Origin: a virus
Reading direction: 5' to 3' (one strand)
Virus record (IMG/VR): IMGVR_UViG_3300037420_001273
DNA length: 64,000 nucleotides
The notes under the pieces are model-generated. The model searched no databases, was not told the DNA's origin, and saw only the letters and a list, made by a program, of their open reading frames with translations. Every line of letters starts with the position of its first letter. The first letter of the stretch is position 1. Shown here piece after piece: positions 1 to 7,990 of the stretch. Made by a program: the position numbers and the translations under genes.

Positions 1-391
1 CCCGCAAGGCAATCGCGTGCTGGTAGAGCGCACCGTCCGGTCGCCCGGAAGCATCGGAGTCGATCGCGGCTTCGATGAGTTGCTCGGCAAGTGCCCGAAT
101 GCTCGGCGCCACCCGCTCAGGTGCTGGGGACTCGGCCGGCTCCGGTGGGCCTGACCATTCGTCGCACACGTAGTCCACCAGGTCGTCGATGGACTCCTGC
201 CCCATGAAGTCGTCGATTGCGAGTCGGTCGCCCGACTGGTTCATCGTTCGTTGCCGCCACGCGGCCTTGCGGCTCCATGCGAGGCACTTGTAGTCGGACT
301 CGTCGCCCTCGCGGCGCTCCCACTCGTCGCGGTTGCTACGCGCGATGGCGAGGTACTCGCTCAACAGCTTTTTGATCTGTTCTGTGCTCAT
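1..391 (-). CDS. hypothetical phage protein (C-terminal end lies beyond left edge of window)
   Basis: My translation from ATG 391..389 (MSTEQIKKLLSEYLAIARSNRDEWERREGDESDYKCLAW...) stays open to position 1. ATGA overlap with stop of ORF 388..660. G/C-rich third positions. Confidence 0.5.
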   Translation of the reverse strand, partial: MSTEQIKKLLSEYLAIARSNRDEWERREGDESDYKCLAWSRKAAWRQRTMNQSGDRLAIDDFMGQESIDDLVDYVCDEWSGPPEPAESPAPERVAPSIRALAEQLIEAAIDSDASGRPDGALYQHAIALR

Positions 392-660
392 CGCCCCTCC
401 TGCTGGTCGTTGAGATGCGGCGGCTCAAAGCCCGCGTACAACATGAGGCGCTGCACGTTGACCGGGATCGCGCGGAACTGGTGGGCGCAAGCCGGGCAAA
501 TCACCTCGTCATTGTTCGGCTCTGCCTGTGCCGCCTGCTCAGGGAGAGAGGCGAGAGCGGCGCGAACAATAGGAATCAACGGCGCCAACGTTGGATACAT
601 CTTGGCGTCCGCTAGTTGTTCAAGCTTCGCCAGTGCCGCTTGCTCTTTGGTGCTTCTCAT
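388..660 (-). CDS. hypothetical protein
   Basis: 90 aa from internal ATG of track ORF 388..1086 (MRSTKEQAALAKLEQ...ICPACAHQF...). ATGA overlaps at both ends. Confidence 0.5.
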   Translation of the reverse strand: MRSTKEQAALAKLEQLADAKMYPTLAPLIPIVRAALASLPEQAAQAEPNNDEVICPACAHQFRAIPVNVQRLMLYAGFEPPHLNDQQEGR

Positions 661-1076
661 GCTCGATCCTTCATAGCGGCGCGGATGGCGTCGCGGAGCC
701 CTCCAGGGATACAGCAGATGTGCCTGCCGTTTCCTTCGGAACATGCGCGGTCCAGCCAATCCAGCATCGCCGCATCCTCGTTGCCTGCCGCTGGTGCCGG
801 GAAGGCGTAGAGCAGATAGTCTCCGGGCGGCAACTTCGCATCCAAGAGCTCCGGCGCATACGTGCGCTCGCCAAGTCGAGCATGCACACTGACGCGCAGC
901 TTCATCACGGGCTGCACCCCTGCCGGTGCGGCTGATGGGGATGAGAGCAGGTCGTCGCGGCATGCCATGAGCAGATCGCGCACAGCCTCGTGGTCCATCA
1001 GCTCGGGGTTCCAGAATCCGCCGTTGCCGAGGTAGTCGGCAATGCGTGCGACGAGTGCTGCGGCCTTCTCGGTCAT
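657..1076 (-). CDS. hypothetical protein
   Basis: Track ORF, 139 aa. ATGA-coupled to the downstream gene; coding-like GC3 frame. Confidence 0.55.
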   Translation of the reverse strand: MTEKAAALVARIADYLGNGGFWNPELMDHEAVRDLLMACRDDLLSSPSAAPAGVQPVMKLRVSVHARLGERTYAPELLDAKLPPGDYLLYAFPAPAAGNEDAAMLDWLDRACSEGNGRHICCIPGGLRDAIRAAMKDRA

Positions 1077-1297
1077 TTGTACACACCTCGTTTGAAACGC
1101 CGTACGTCTTGAGCGACGTTCATCGGCGTGTAGTGCGCGTTCTTCGGCGATCCCGACATCATCAGGCTTAGCTTCCTGCCGTCATCGAGCCTGATCGTGA
1201 GCTGGTAGTGCCCCTTCACTGGCTCGATCTTTTCAATCCAGGCACCTTCGGCCTGGACGAGCCGGCGTGTATTAGCGAGCATCTTCTTCTGACTCAC
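1073..1297 (-). CDS. hypothetical protein
   Basis: Track ORF, 74 aa. 4-nt overlaps with both neighbours. Confidence 0.5.
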   Translation of the reverse strand: MSQKKMLANTRRLVQAEGAWIEKIEPVKGHYQLTIRLDDGRKLSLMMSGSPKNAHYTPMNVAQDVRRFKRGVYK

Positions 1298-1551
1298 GTT
1301 CGGAGCCTCTCAGCAACTTCGACTGCGTCTGGGTGGTCTGCGATGAGTTCGATCGGGTCGCCGGGCTCGACGCGCTCGAGACGGCAGTCAGGATGCTTCT
1401 CGCGCACCGCTTCGATGGCGCGTTCGATGCTGCACGCGAGGACGCCGATGCACTGGGTTTTCTGTCTCAACGCCATTGGCGGCCTCGACCCCGGAACCGG
1501 CACGAACGTCGTGATCGACACGCGCCAGTGACGCGGGTAGGTGTAGTTCAC
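1294..1551 (-). CDS. hypothetical protein
   Basis: Track ORF, 85 aa. 4-nt overlaps with both neighbours. Confidence 0.5.
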   Translation of the reverse strand: MNYTYPRHWRVSITTFVPVPGSRPPMALRQKTQCIGVLACSIERAIEAVREKHPDCRLERVEPGDPIELIADHPDAVEVAERLRT

Positions 1552-1811
1552 TTCAACTCCGGTGGTACACGACGCCGGTTCCTTGGTTGACTCTGCACAG
1601 GCACGATTGATCCTGCGCCGGCGCCGACCACGTGCTTGAGCGCCAGCTCGTTGAGCACCTTCAACAGCGCTTCGCGCGGATAGCGCCAGCCACCACGGCC
1701 CTTCTTAAGGCCGGGCAACTCCTTGTTGCGTGTCATCAGCTCGACGGTCTCGACGTCACAGCCGAGCATGTCGGCTACGGCCTCGACCTTCAGGACGTCG
1801 TCCATGGTCAC
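1548..1811 (-). CDS. small HTH DNA-binding protein (excisionase/MerR-like fold)
   Basis: 87 aa. VEAVADMLGCDVETVELMTRNKELPGLKKGRGGWRYPREAL resembles the short excisionase-type HTH (recall-based). Confidence 0.5.
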   Translation of the reverse strand: MTMDDVLKVEAVADMLGCDVETVELMTRNKELPGLKKGRGGWRYPREALLKVLNELALKHVVGAGAGSIVPVQSQPRNRRRVPPELK

Positions 1812-1994
1812 TCAGTGCGTCTTCGGTTTCTCGGTGGGCGGCTCGAGCCCGCGCAACAGCACCTCGAGCGGGTTCACGCCGTGCTGGCAGTTCTCGCAGT
1901 GATTCTTGTGCCACCACACCGCCACGCGCAGCTTCATCGTGCGCAGACGCGTGGTCTCGATCTGCAGCCGGCGTGCGGCCTTGAGCGTCATCAT
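1812..1994 (-). CDS. hypothetical small Cys/His protein
   Basis: 60 aa from ATG 1994 of track ORF 1812..2045 (MMTLKAARRLQ...HKNHCENCQHG...). Abuts neighbouring genes. Confidence 0.4.
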   Translation of the reverse strand: MMTLKAARRLQIETTRLRTMKLRVAVWWHKNHCENCQHGVNPLEVLLRGLEPPTEKPKTH

Positions 1995-1996
1995 CG

Positions 1997-2260
1997 TCAC
2001 TCTCCGTTGGAAACTTCTTTGAGCCCACCGCGACTGGTGAGGCACCAGGTGCGCAGCACCGTGTACTGAGCATCACCACTCAGGATGCGCAGAACGCCGG
2101 CTTTGCTGGTGTCGACATCGACCAGCTCGATGCGCGTGTAGTCGCGCAAGTACGGCTGGTATCCTTTCGCGGCCTCGTGTGCTTCCTTCAACACGCCGTA
2201 AAAGCCGAACGGCGCTCTGTTGGTATCGGGTTGTTCGGCGAAGACTCGGTACACGTTCAT
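1997..2260 (-). CDS. hypothetical protein
   Basis: 87 aa from ATG 2260 (MNVYRVFAEQPDTNRAPFGFYGVLKEAHEAAKGY...). ATGA overlap with the ParB-like gene stop. Confidence 0.5.
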   Translation of the reverse strand: MNVYRVFAEQPDTNRAPFGFYGVLKEAHEAAKGYQPYLRDYTRIELVDVDTSKAGVLRILSGDAQYTVLRTWCLTSRGGLKEVSNGE

Positions 2261-3066
2261 TCCGGCGCTCCTTGCTTGACCATCACCTGCGACACCGCTT
2301 GACGGATCTGCCGCAGCGAGTCGTCCATGTCGGTGACCTGGATCTTCGACAGGGTCTGTTTCTTCCGGTCGAGCGCGATCCACATACGGCACGCCAGGTC
2401 ATAACCGCTGGTGGCCTTGATCTTTCCGTCGATCACCTGGCGGTACACCGACGCGAGCGCCGGCGACATGCGCTGAAATTCGTTGTGGACGAGGATGCGC
2501 ATGCTCTCGAACACGTACTCTTCGCCGTCGGTAAGCGCCCGCGCAGCGGCGATCGCCATCGACGGCGAGCTCGAGAAGACCTTGGCCTTCTTCTTGCCAC
2601 AGAACTCGTGCAAACCGATGACAGTCGGGCCGAACGCATCGATGTACTTGGCGACCTGCGCCGGCGTGGCCTTCAGGTGATTCGCGCCGCCGGCGTACAT
2701 GAGCCTGGAGGCGAGCCAGTTGGCCACCTCAGTGGGCATCTTGTCGGTCTTCAGAACGTCGGCCACAGATCGACCGAGACCGAGGTCGGTCGCCGCGTAG
2801 GCGTTCTCGTCCAGGCCGGTGGTCACGAGCATCTGGACCGCCTTGCCGGCGTTGAAGATCGCCCACAACCGATGCTGTCCGTCGATCAAACGGCCGGTTG
2901 CATCGAACGCGATGCCCTGGTGCGTGGTGATCCACTCGCCACGGTCGATCGCCCCGACGAAGTATTCGACGTGCTTCTGTCGAATCGGTCGGTTGTCGGT
3001 GTTGGCCTCGAGCCACTTGGCTGCGAGGTCCGGCGTGACGGTGATGAGTTTGGTCTGAATCATCAT
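2257..3066 (-). CDS. ParB-like nuclease domain protein
   Basis: 269 aa. N-terminal ParB/Srx-type motif ...FDATGRLIDGQHRLWAI... Confidence 0.65.
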   Translation of the reverse strand: MMIQTKLITVTPDLAAKWLEANTDNRPIRQKHVEYFVGAIDRGEWITTHQGIAFDATGRLIDGQHRLWAIFNAGKAVQMLVTTGLDENAYAATDLGLGRSVADVLKTDKMPTEVANWLASRLMYAGGANHLKATPAQVAKYIDAFGPTVIGLHEFCGKKKAKVFSSSPSMAIAAARALTDGEEYVFESMRILVHNEFQRMSPALASVYRQVIDGKIKATSGYDLACRMWIALDRKKQTLSKIQVTDMDDSLRQIRQAVSQVMVKQGAPE

Positions 3067-3287
3067 TTCTTCCTCGTTGCTTGACTCTGCAAGATCGCAC
3101 GAAGAGCTTCGATATGAAGCTTCGACCCACGCGATGCGTTGTTGTGAACGAAGCGCGCGGCTTCGTGATTGCTCGACCGAAGACCGTAGACGCGCAGGTA
3201 CGGCTTGGACGCGCCGTTATCGATCGTGTAGTGCAGCGCCCAGCCCTCGGCCTGCGCTGCAGCTTGTTGTTCAGAAGTCCAGCTCAT
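3063..3287 (-). CDS. hypothetical protein
   Basis: 74 aa from ATG 3287 (MSWTSEQQAAAQAEGW...). ATGA overlaps at both ends. Confidence 0.45.
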   Translation of the reverse strand: MSWTSEQQAAAQAEGWALHYTIDNGASKPYLRVYGLRSSNHEAARFVHNNASRGSKLHIEALRAILQSQATRKK

Positions 3288-3598
3288 GCGGCGAGCCTTT
3301 GCGCGATGCTTTTGACGAGACCGCCCCAGGCGATCACGTGATAGAGCTCGTTCGTTGTCATCAGTGTTGCGTTGTCGTAAGCCTGGCGTGCGTAGGACTG
3401 GTGCCGTGAAGTCGATCTGCTGTACTTGTCGGAGTTCTCGAGCCACACACCGTCGGTGTAAATGCACACAGGAAAGTGACTGCCATACGAATACGCCACG
3501 TACATCTCGCCGACACGGCACCCAACAAAGTTCGACCCTTGGAAAGGCTCAAGCCGCCTGATGTACTTAGAAGCATCCTTGTTCGCAACCCTGCTCAT
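3284..3598 (-). CDS. hypothetical conserved phage protein
   Basis: Track ORF, 104 aa (MSRVANKDASKYIRRLEPFQGSNFVG...YVAYSYGSHFPV...). Coding-like frame. Confidence 0.55.
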   Translation of the reverse strand: MSRVANKDASKYIRRLEPFQGSNFVGCRVGEMYVAYSYGSHFPVCIYTDGVWLENSDKYSRSTSRHQSYARQAYDNATLMTTNELYHVIAWGGLVKSIAQRLAA

Positions 3599-3669
3599 TA
3601 GATCGTGGTTCGAGCTTCGATGTCACTGCAAAGAAAAGAACCCGGCTCGTCGAGCGTGTTCAAAAGCGC

Positions 3670-4047
3670 TTACTTCCCTCGAATCGTGATCGTCAGCTGC
3701 GGCAAGTCGATCACTACGACGCCGCCTTCTTCCGTGATCGTCATCTTCGGCTTGTCGTAGATCAGGTTCGCTGGGCCGATGTACGGGATGCCTTCGGCAG
3801 TTGTCTTGCCCTTGCGCTTCCACTCATACATCCAGCGAGCGCGTCCATCCGCCTTCGGAGCGGGCAGACGTACGACAAGTCCTTTGCGCCACAGGTTGCC
3901 CAGGTAGTCCGACACACGATTGACGGAGGCCGCATGCTCTCGTACTGCTGGGATCTCGAACAGCTCGTGGCAGTTGAGAGGCCGCCCAGCTTTCCGTAGC
4001 TCGTGCTCCAGGGCTTCGAATAGCCCTTGTTCTCCAATGCGTGGCAT
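3670..4047 (-). CDS. winged-helix-like DNA-binding protein (putative)
   Basis: 125 aa from ATG 4047 (MPRIGEQGLFEALEHELRKAGRPLNCHELFE...VSDYLGNLWRKGLVVR). TGATG overlap with the TraR gene stop. Confidence 0.45.
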   Translation of the reverse strand: MPRIGEQGLFEALEHELRKAGRPLNCHELFEIPAVREHAASVNRVSDYLGNLWRKGLVVRLPAPKADGRARWMYEWKRKGKTTAEGIPYIGPANLIYDKPKMTITEEGGVVVIDLPQLTITIRGK

Positions 4048-4268
4048 CACTTGTCCCTGTAGAACCTCTGCCTGCCCTCGTGTTTTTGTTGGCATGCGAG
4101 GCAGTTGAAAAAACCGAGGTTGACGCGCCCCGGTGGCACTTGCTCCCCACAATCGCAGAAGCCGTCGAACCCGTCGGGCCGCAGCTGCTGCTTTCTTGCT
4201 TTCTCAATCCCAGCGACGATCGTGGCGCGCTCCAGCTCGGCGGCCATCTCCATGTACTTCTCGTCCAT
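4047..4268 (-). CDS. TraR/DksA-family C4 zinc-finger protein
   Basis: 73 aa. ...FCDCGEQVPPGRVNLGFFNCLACQQKHE... is a C4 pattern typical of phage TraR. Confidence 0.65.
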   Translation of the reverse strand: MDEKYMEMAAELERATIVAGIEKARKQQLRPDGFDGFCDCGEQVPPGRVNLGFFNCLACQQKHEGRQRFYRDK

Positions 4269-4367
4269 GAGTACCTCGCCTGGTGATGTACACCAGCAAC
4301 AACGCGGTGGTCGCGATCCGATAGAGCGCGTTCATGACACGAGCCGTTGTGAACAGGGGTTGAAAGT

Positions 4368-4772
4368 TCATGGGTGCGCTAGTGTAAGAGCAATCTCACG
4401 CGCGATCGACTTTCGATCTAGCATGCGACATACGAACGCGTCGGCTCGAATGGGGTGCTCCCATTCGACGTCCCGGAAGATGACTCCACCGGGGCGGGCG
4501 CCGACTACGACCCACACGCTACGTCCCTCTGAGTAACGTCGTGCCAGCCATTCACGCTGCAGCGGGCTGAGGGCGATGCAAACCTCAGTGCTTGCGCGCT
4601 TAGGCACCTCGATGTACTTGTATTCGATCCAGAGATCGCGTCGCCCGCTGTACCAGACGTCCGCTGTGCCAGAGCGGTACGGGTTGGCCATCTTCTCGCG
4701 GTGCAGCTCGCTCTCCGGCGGAAGATGCCGGTGCACCGACTGAATAAACGCGTTCTCTGCCTTCTGGCTCAC
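4368..4772 (-). CDS. VRR-NUC / PD-(D/E)XK endonuclease
   Basis: 134 aa. D...ExK signature in GRRDLWIEYKYIE; size typical of the VRR-NUC domain. Confidence 0.6.
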   Translation of the reverse strand: MSQKAENAFIQSVHRHLPPESELHREKMANPYRSGTADVWYSGRRDLWIEYKYIEVPKRASTEVCIALSPLQREWLARRYSEGRSVWVVVGARPGGVIFRDVEWEHPIRADAFVCRMLDRKSIAREIALTLAHP

Positions 4773-5005
4773 TTCATAACTCCGGCCTCGAGCTCCAGCA
4801 GCAGGTCCAGGTAGTGCCTGGCCTTCTTCAGGTCCTCGATGCCGCCCTTCGAGCGCCAGCGGCTCACGTACTTGATGACGTTGCCCTCGAAGTACCCCAC
4901 GCCGTTGGCGTGGATGTACTCCACCGGCTGAATCGTCATGTCCTTGTAGTGCGCGCCGCCCTCCTGGATCGCCAGCGCCCCGGCCGGTTTCGGTGTTGCT
5001 TTCAC
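4769..5005 (-). CDS. DUF3310-like phage protein
   Basis: GTG 5005 preceded by AAGGAGG, with GTGA overlap with the exonuclease stop. GGAHYKDMTIQPVEYI...GNVIKYVSRWRSKGG..DLKKARHYL matches my memory of DUF3310. Confidence 0.5.
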   Translation of the reverse strand: MKATPKPAGALAIQEGGAHYKDMTIQPVEYIHANGVGYFEGNVIKYVSRWRSKGGIEDLKKARHYLDLLLELEAGVMK

Positions 5006-5577
5006 GCCACCTCCTTGGCCTTCACGAGCCCGCCGATGTTCCAGATCGCCTGCAGCACCTTGACTTGGTGGAGCGCATCCGCCAGAGCGTTGTGCTGCAC
5101 GCCGACGCGCGGGATGTTCACCTGCGCTGCCCACGGCAGATTCTTCATCGTGCGCATGCAGCGCTCGTTGTGGAACGGCCAGGGAGACTCGAGCCCGGCT
5201 TGCTTGAGAGCGTGATTGATCATCGGGATGTCGAAGCTGGCGCCGTTGCTCCAGACGTGCGTGTCCTCGTAGGGCACGTCACTGCCTTCGAACCACTCCA
5301 CGAAATCGACCAGCGCGGACTCCAGCGTGTCCTTCGGCTCGTGAAACACACGCTGCGCCTCATGCGACTGCTTGAGCCACCACAACAGCGTGCCCTCCTC
5401 GATCTTCCGTCCAGCCGCCAGGTTGCTCTCGATGCTGATCGAAGCGTAGAACCCAGCGTCGTCGACCTCGTGTGTGTCGAGGTCGAACCGAACGGCTCCA
5501 ATGCTGAGGATCACCGCGTCGGCAGTGGTACCCAGCGTCTCCAAGTCAATCATGACGTGTTTCACGTCTTCTCCCAA
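5002..5577 (-). CDS. DEDDh 3'-5' exonuclease
   Basis: 191 aa. ExoI MIDLETLG, ExoII NGASFDIPMI, ExoIII HNALADAL. Confidence 0.7.
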   Translation of the reverse strand: MGEDVKHVMIDLETLGTTADAVILSIGAVRFDLDTHEVDDAGFYASISIESNLAAGRKIEEGTLLWWLKQSHEAQRVFHEPKDTLESALVDFVEWFEGSDVPYEDTHVWSNGASFDIPMINHALKQAGLESPWPFHNERCMRTMKNLPWAAQVNIPRVGVQHNALADALHQVKVLQAIWNIGGLVKAKEVA

Positions 5578-5635
5578 ACGGGTGTGTTGTCGTTGAGCTC
5601 CGCCGGTCCTGGGCGGAGACCGACGAAGCTGAGGC

Positions 5636-5983
5636 TCAGGCGGCGACGGTGCTGTTGTCGCTGGGAGCGGCCGGTTGCAGAGCGGCCAGCTGGCCGGTGA
5701 GCTTCTCGATGCCCTTGTCGGCGGCTTCGATGCGCTTGCGCGCGTGCTTGGCCTGAGCTTCGAACGCCTTCATTGCGTCCTTCATGGTCTTGTCCGCGGC
5801 CTTCTGCGCAGCGGCGACCGCCTTATCGGCGGCCTTCTTCGCGGTGTCGAGCTCCTTGACCGCTTTCGCGTTCGCAGTCTCGGCTTCCTTGCGATCAGCC
5901 GTGATCTTCTTCAGGACCGCGCGCAGGTTCTCGCGCTGGACCTTCAGTTCCTCGGGGGTCAGGGTTTTCTTGGGTCGGGCCAC
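5636..5983 (-). CDS. Lys/Ala-rich coiled-coil protein
   Basis: 115 aa. GTG start with AAGGAG SD; heptad-like KAADKAVAAAQKAADK repeats. Confidence 0.5.
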   Translation of the reverse strand: MARPKKTLTPEELKVQRENLRAVLKKITADRKEAETANAKAVKELDTAKKAADKAVAAAQKAADKTMKDAMKAFEAQAKHARKRIEAADKGIEKLTGQLAALQPAAPSDNSTVAA

Positions 5984-6194
5984 GGTATTTCTCCTTGAGT
6001 TGGCGGCCGTAGGAAAGCTCCCGGAGTCGAACGGCCCGGGAGATGAGTCGATCGACGATCGAAGATCGCCGACGGGTTGCAGCCTCGAGCTTGAGGCAGG
6101 TCAAGATCTCCTCTTCTGTCAGCTCGTGGAGCACGCGGGAAAGCCCCGTGAACGACTCGAGCGCTTGGTCCGTGTAGAACTTACGAACTGACAT
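5895..6194 (-). CDS. hypothetical protein
   Basis: 99 aa from ATG 6194 (MSVRKFYTDQALESFTGLSRVLHELTEEE...). The 3' tail overlaps the next gene by 89 nt in a poorer-looking frame. Confidence 0.4.
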   Translation of the reverse strand: MSVRKFYTDQALESFTGLSRVLHELTEEEILTCLKLEAATRRRSSIVDRLISRAVRLRELSYGRQLKEKYRGPTQENPDPRGTEGPAREPARGPEEDHG

Positions 6195-6307
6195 AGAGGT
6201 TCGATGTGCAGCAAAAATTACAGGTGGTGAAGGAGTAGTTTCAGTACTTTCTGCGTCGTCCGAATCCCCCCAAAGGGGGAAAAGCACCGAGTTCGGGGTG
6301 TGCAGAT

Positions 6308-7060
6308 TTAGCGGCGGGCCGTGCGCGTTTGCGCTTTCGCCTTCGGCGCCGCGGTGAAGCCGCTCACGTCGGGCTCGGCCATCAGCAGCTTGCGCGCCTC
6401 GTCCTGCCGGCTAAGGTGCTGCTCGAGGTTCTCGTTCGGCTGCGGGTTGCCGAAGCGCAGCGTCGCGTAGTCGGCGTTGTCGTCGAACGTGACCGTGGTG
6501 ACCACGCCGACCGGCGGCACTTGCAGCGAGCTGGCCAGCGAGCGCACGTAGGCGTCGTAGTTCTTGATGCCGGTGGGCGAGACCTTGAGCAGCCAGATCG
6601 GCGTGTCGTCGGTCGCATCGGCCGGCAGCACAGCGAGCACGCGCGTGTTCTTGCACGCCTTGCCGGCGCCGTTCGAGCCGAACTCGTTCATCGGGCAGCT
6701 CTTGCAGTCGGTGGACTGCTTGACCGGGCTGTTGTCGCTGGGCACGAGCGACTGCGGGTTGGTGCCGAGCGCGAAGCACGCCGGCGGCGTGATGTTCTTC
6801 GGATCGAACGTGCCTTCGTAGAAGAAGTTCGCCGAGACGAAGTCGACGATCACAGCCTCGAGCTGCTGAGTCTTGTTGCCGTCCGGCAGCTTCAGCTCCT
6901 TGGTGTTGAGCACCTGGATGTTGATGCCCGTCGCCGGCGCAACCCGGCTGTTCATTTCTTCGACCTGCTTGCGCAGCTGTTCCTGGATGCTCACGATCGC
7001 GCCGGACTTGCGCGTCGCGACGGCGGTGCTGGTAGCGGTCTTCTTGGCGGCAGTGGCCAT
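6308..7060 (-). CDS. replication-module protein, possible ssDNA-binding/annealing protein
   Basis: 250 aa, placed near the polymerase. Cys cluster DCKSCPMNEFGSNGAGKAC. The function is a positional guess only. Confidence 0.45.
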   Translation of the reverse strand: MATAAKKTATSTAVATRKSGAIVSIQEQLRKQVEEMNSRVAPATGINIQVLNTKELKLPDGNKTQQLEAVIVDFVSANFFYEGTFDPKNITPPACFALGTNPQSLVPSDNSPVKQSTDCKSCPMNEFGSNGAGKACKNTRVLAVLPADATDDTPIWLLKVSPTGIKNYDAYVRSLASSLQVPPVGVVTTVTFDDNADYATLRFGNPQPNENLEQHLSRQDEARKLLMAEPDVSGFTAAPKAKAQTRTARR

Positions 7061-7070
7061 GTCTTTCCTT

Positions 7071-7496
7071 TCAGTTCGAACGGAGGTTCAGCTTCTTGCG
7101 AGAGAAGCTCTCGGCGCCAGGCACCTTCTTGCCTTGCTCCCAGAGTTCACGGAACGCCGGATCGCTGGGCCGGCGTTGGAGGAGGTGCCAGTACTTGTGC
7201 TTCTGGATGTACGCGTACAGCGCGTCCCAGTCGGTGACGGTGGCGACGATCGTGCTCGTGACCGAGACGCTGGCTTTCTTGCCAGAGCCTTTGTCCGAGT
7301 TTTCGGCCTCGAGCTTGGCGAGCAGCTGCTGCTCGATCTCGGAGTACTTGGTCTCGATCTCGGAGACCTGGGCCTCGAGCGCTCGCTTGCGCTCACGTAG
7401 TTCGTGGAGCTCGTCGACCATGCCGCCGATCGTGCCGACCAGTCGCAGCTTGGTGGCGTGCGCGATGGCGGCGTCTTTGATTGCTTGTCTTGCCAT
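7071..7496 (-). CDS. coiled-coil protein
   Basis: 141 aa. First gene after a motif-bearing gap; no SD upstream of the ATG. Confidence 0.55.
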   Translation of the reverse strand: MARQAIKDAAIAHATKLRLVGTIGGMVDELHELRERKRALEAQVSEIETKYSEIEQQLLAKLEAENSDKGSGKKASVSVTSTIVATVTDWDALYAYIQKHKYWHLLQRRPSDPAFRELWEQGKKVPGAESFSRKKLNLRSN

Positions 7497-7531
7497 ATCG
7501 AAGTTAGATCGTACTACGAAGTTAGAACGAA
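7497..7531. promoter_or_regulatory. TTAGATCG / TTAGAAC element (two copies, 18-bp phase)
   Basis: ATCGAAGTTAGATCGTACTACGAAGTTAGAACGAA abuts the ATG of 7071..7496. Confidence 0.6.
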
Positions 7532-7553
7532 GTGCAACGGAAAAACGAACGAT

Positions 7554-7754
7554 TTACTCGTTCAACCGTTGCTTGGCGACCTCTGTCGCATGGGCCTCGA
7601 TCGCGGCGGACCAGAGGGCCCGCAGGGAGTCGCCGCGTCGGTACGTGATGCATATGCCGCGCACTTCCAGATCGAAGGGAAGAGACGGGAACGGCCACTT
7701 GTCCTTAGCTGCCTCGGCCTCGAGGTAGTCGAGGATTTCTTTGTCGCTCAGCAT
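7554..7754 (-). CDS. hypothetical protein
   Basis: Track ORF, 66 aa. Confidence 0.45.
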   Translation of the reverse strand: MLSDKEILDYLEAEAAKDKWPFPSLPFDLEVRGICITYRRGDSLRALWSAAIEAHATEVAKQRLNE

Positions 7755-7990
7755 GTCAGCCTCGCTTTGACTGCCTTAGCTTGTTGCTTGCGGTGTTCTT
7801 GGATGATCCAGCGGAGGGCCTTGATCCTGCTCTTAGCTGGATGAATCTGAAGAGTTCCATAGGCCTGAATAGCACAGACCCAAAAGAACTCATGCTCCGC
7901 TACTGCCCACCAAAAACCACCGCGGCTTGACCACTTCCATGCACTGCCAAAGGGTCCCGGGTTACTTGCTGTACTCGACGGCATAGCCAC
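7748..7990 (-). CDS. hypothetical protein
   Basis: Track ORF, 80 aa, Trp-rich. Overlaps the polymerase 3' end by 29 nt. Confidence 0.4.
   Translation of the reverse strand: MAMPSSTASNPGPFGSAWKWSSRGGFWWAVAEHEFFWVCAIQAYGTLQIHPAKSRIKALRWIIQEHRKQQAKAVKARLTC

Noticed and set aside
4268-4371. Small hydrophobic ORF starting at ATG 4371 (MNFQPLFTTARVMNALYRIATTALLLVYITRRG...), coupled by ATGA to VRR-NUC.
   Set aside because: Its 3' half would read about 70 nt into the TraR gene in a poor frame. It may be a short real peptide, but the extent is unclear, so it is not listed as a feature.
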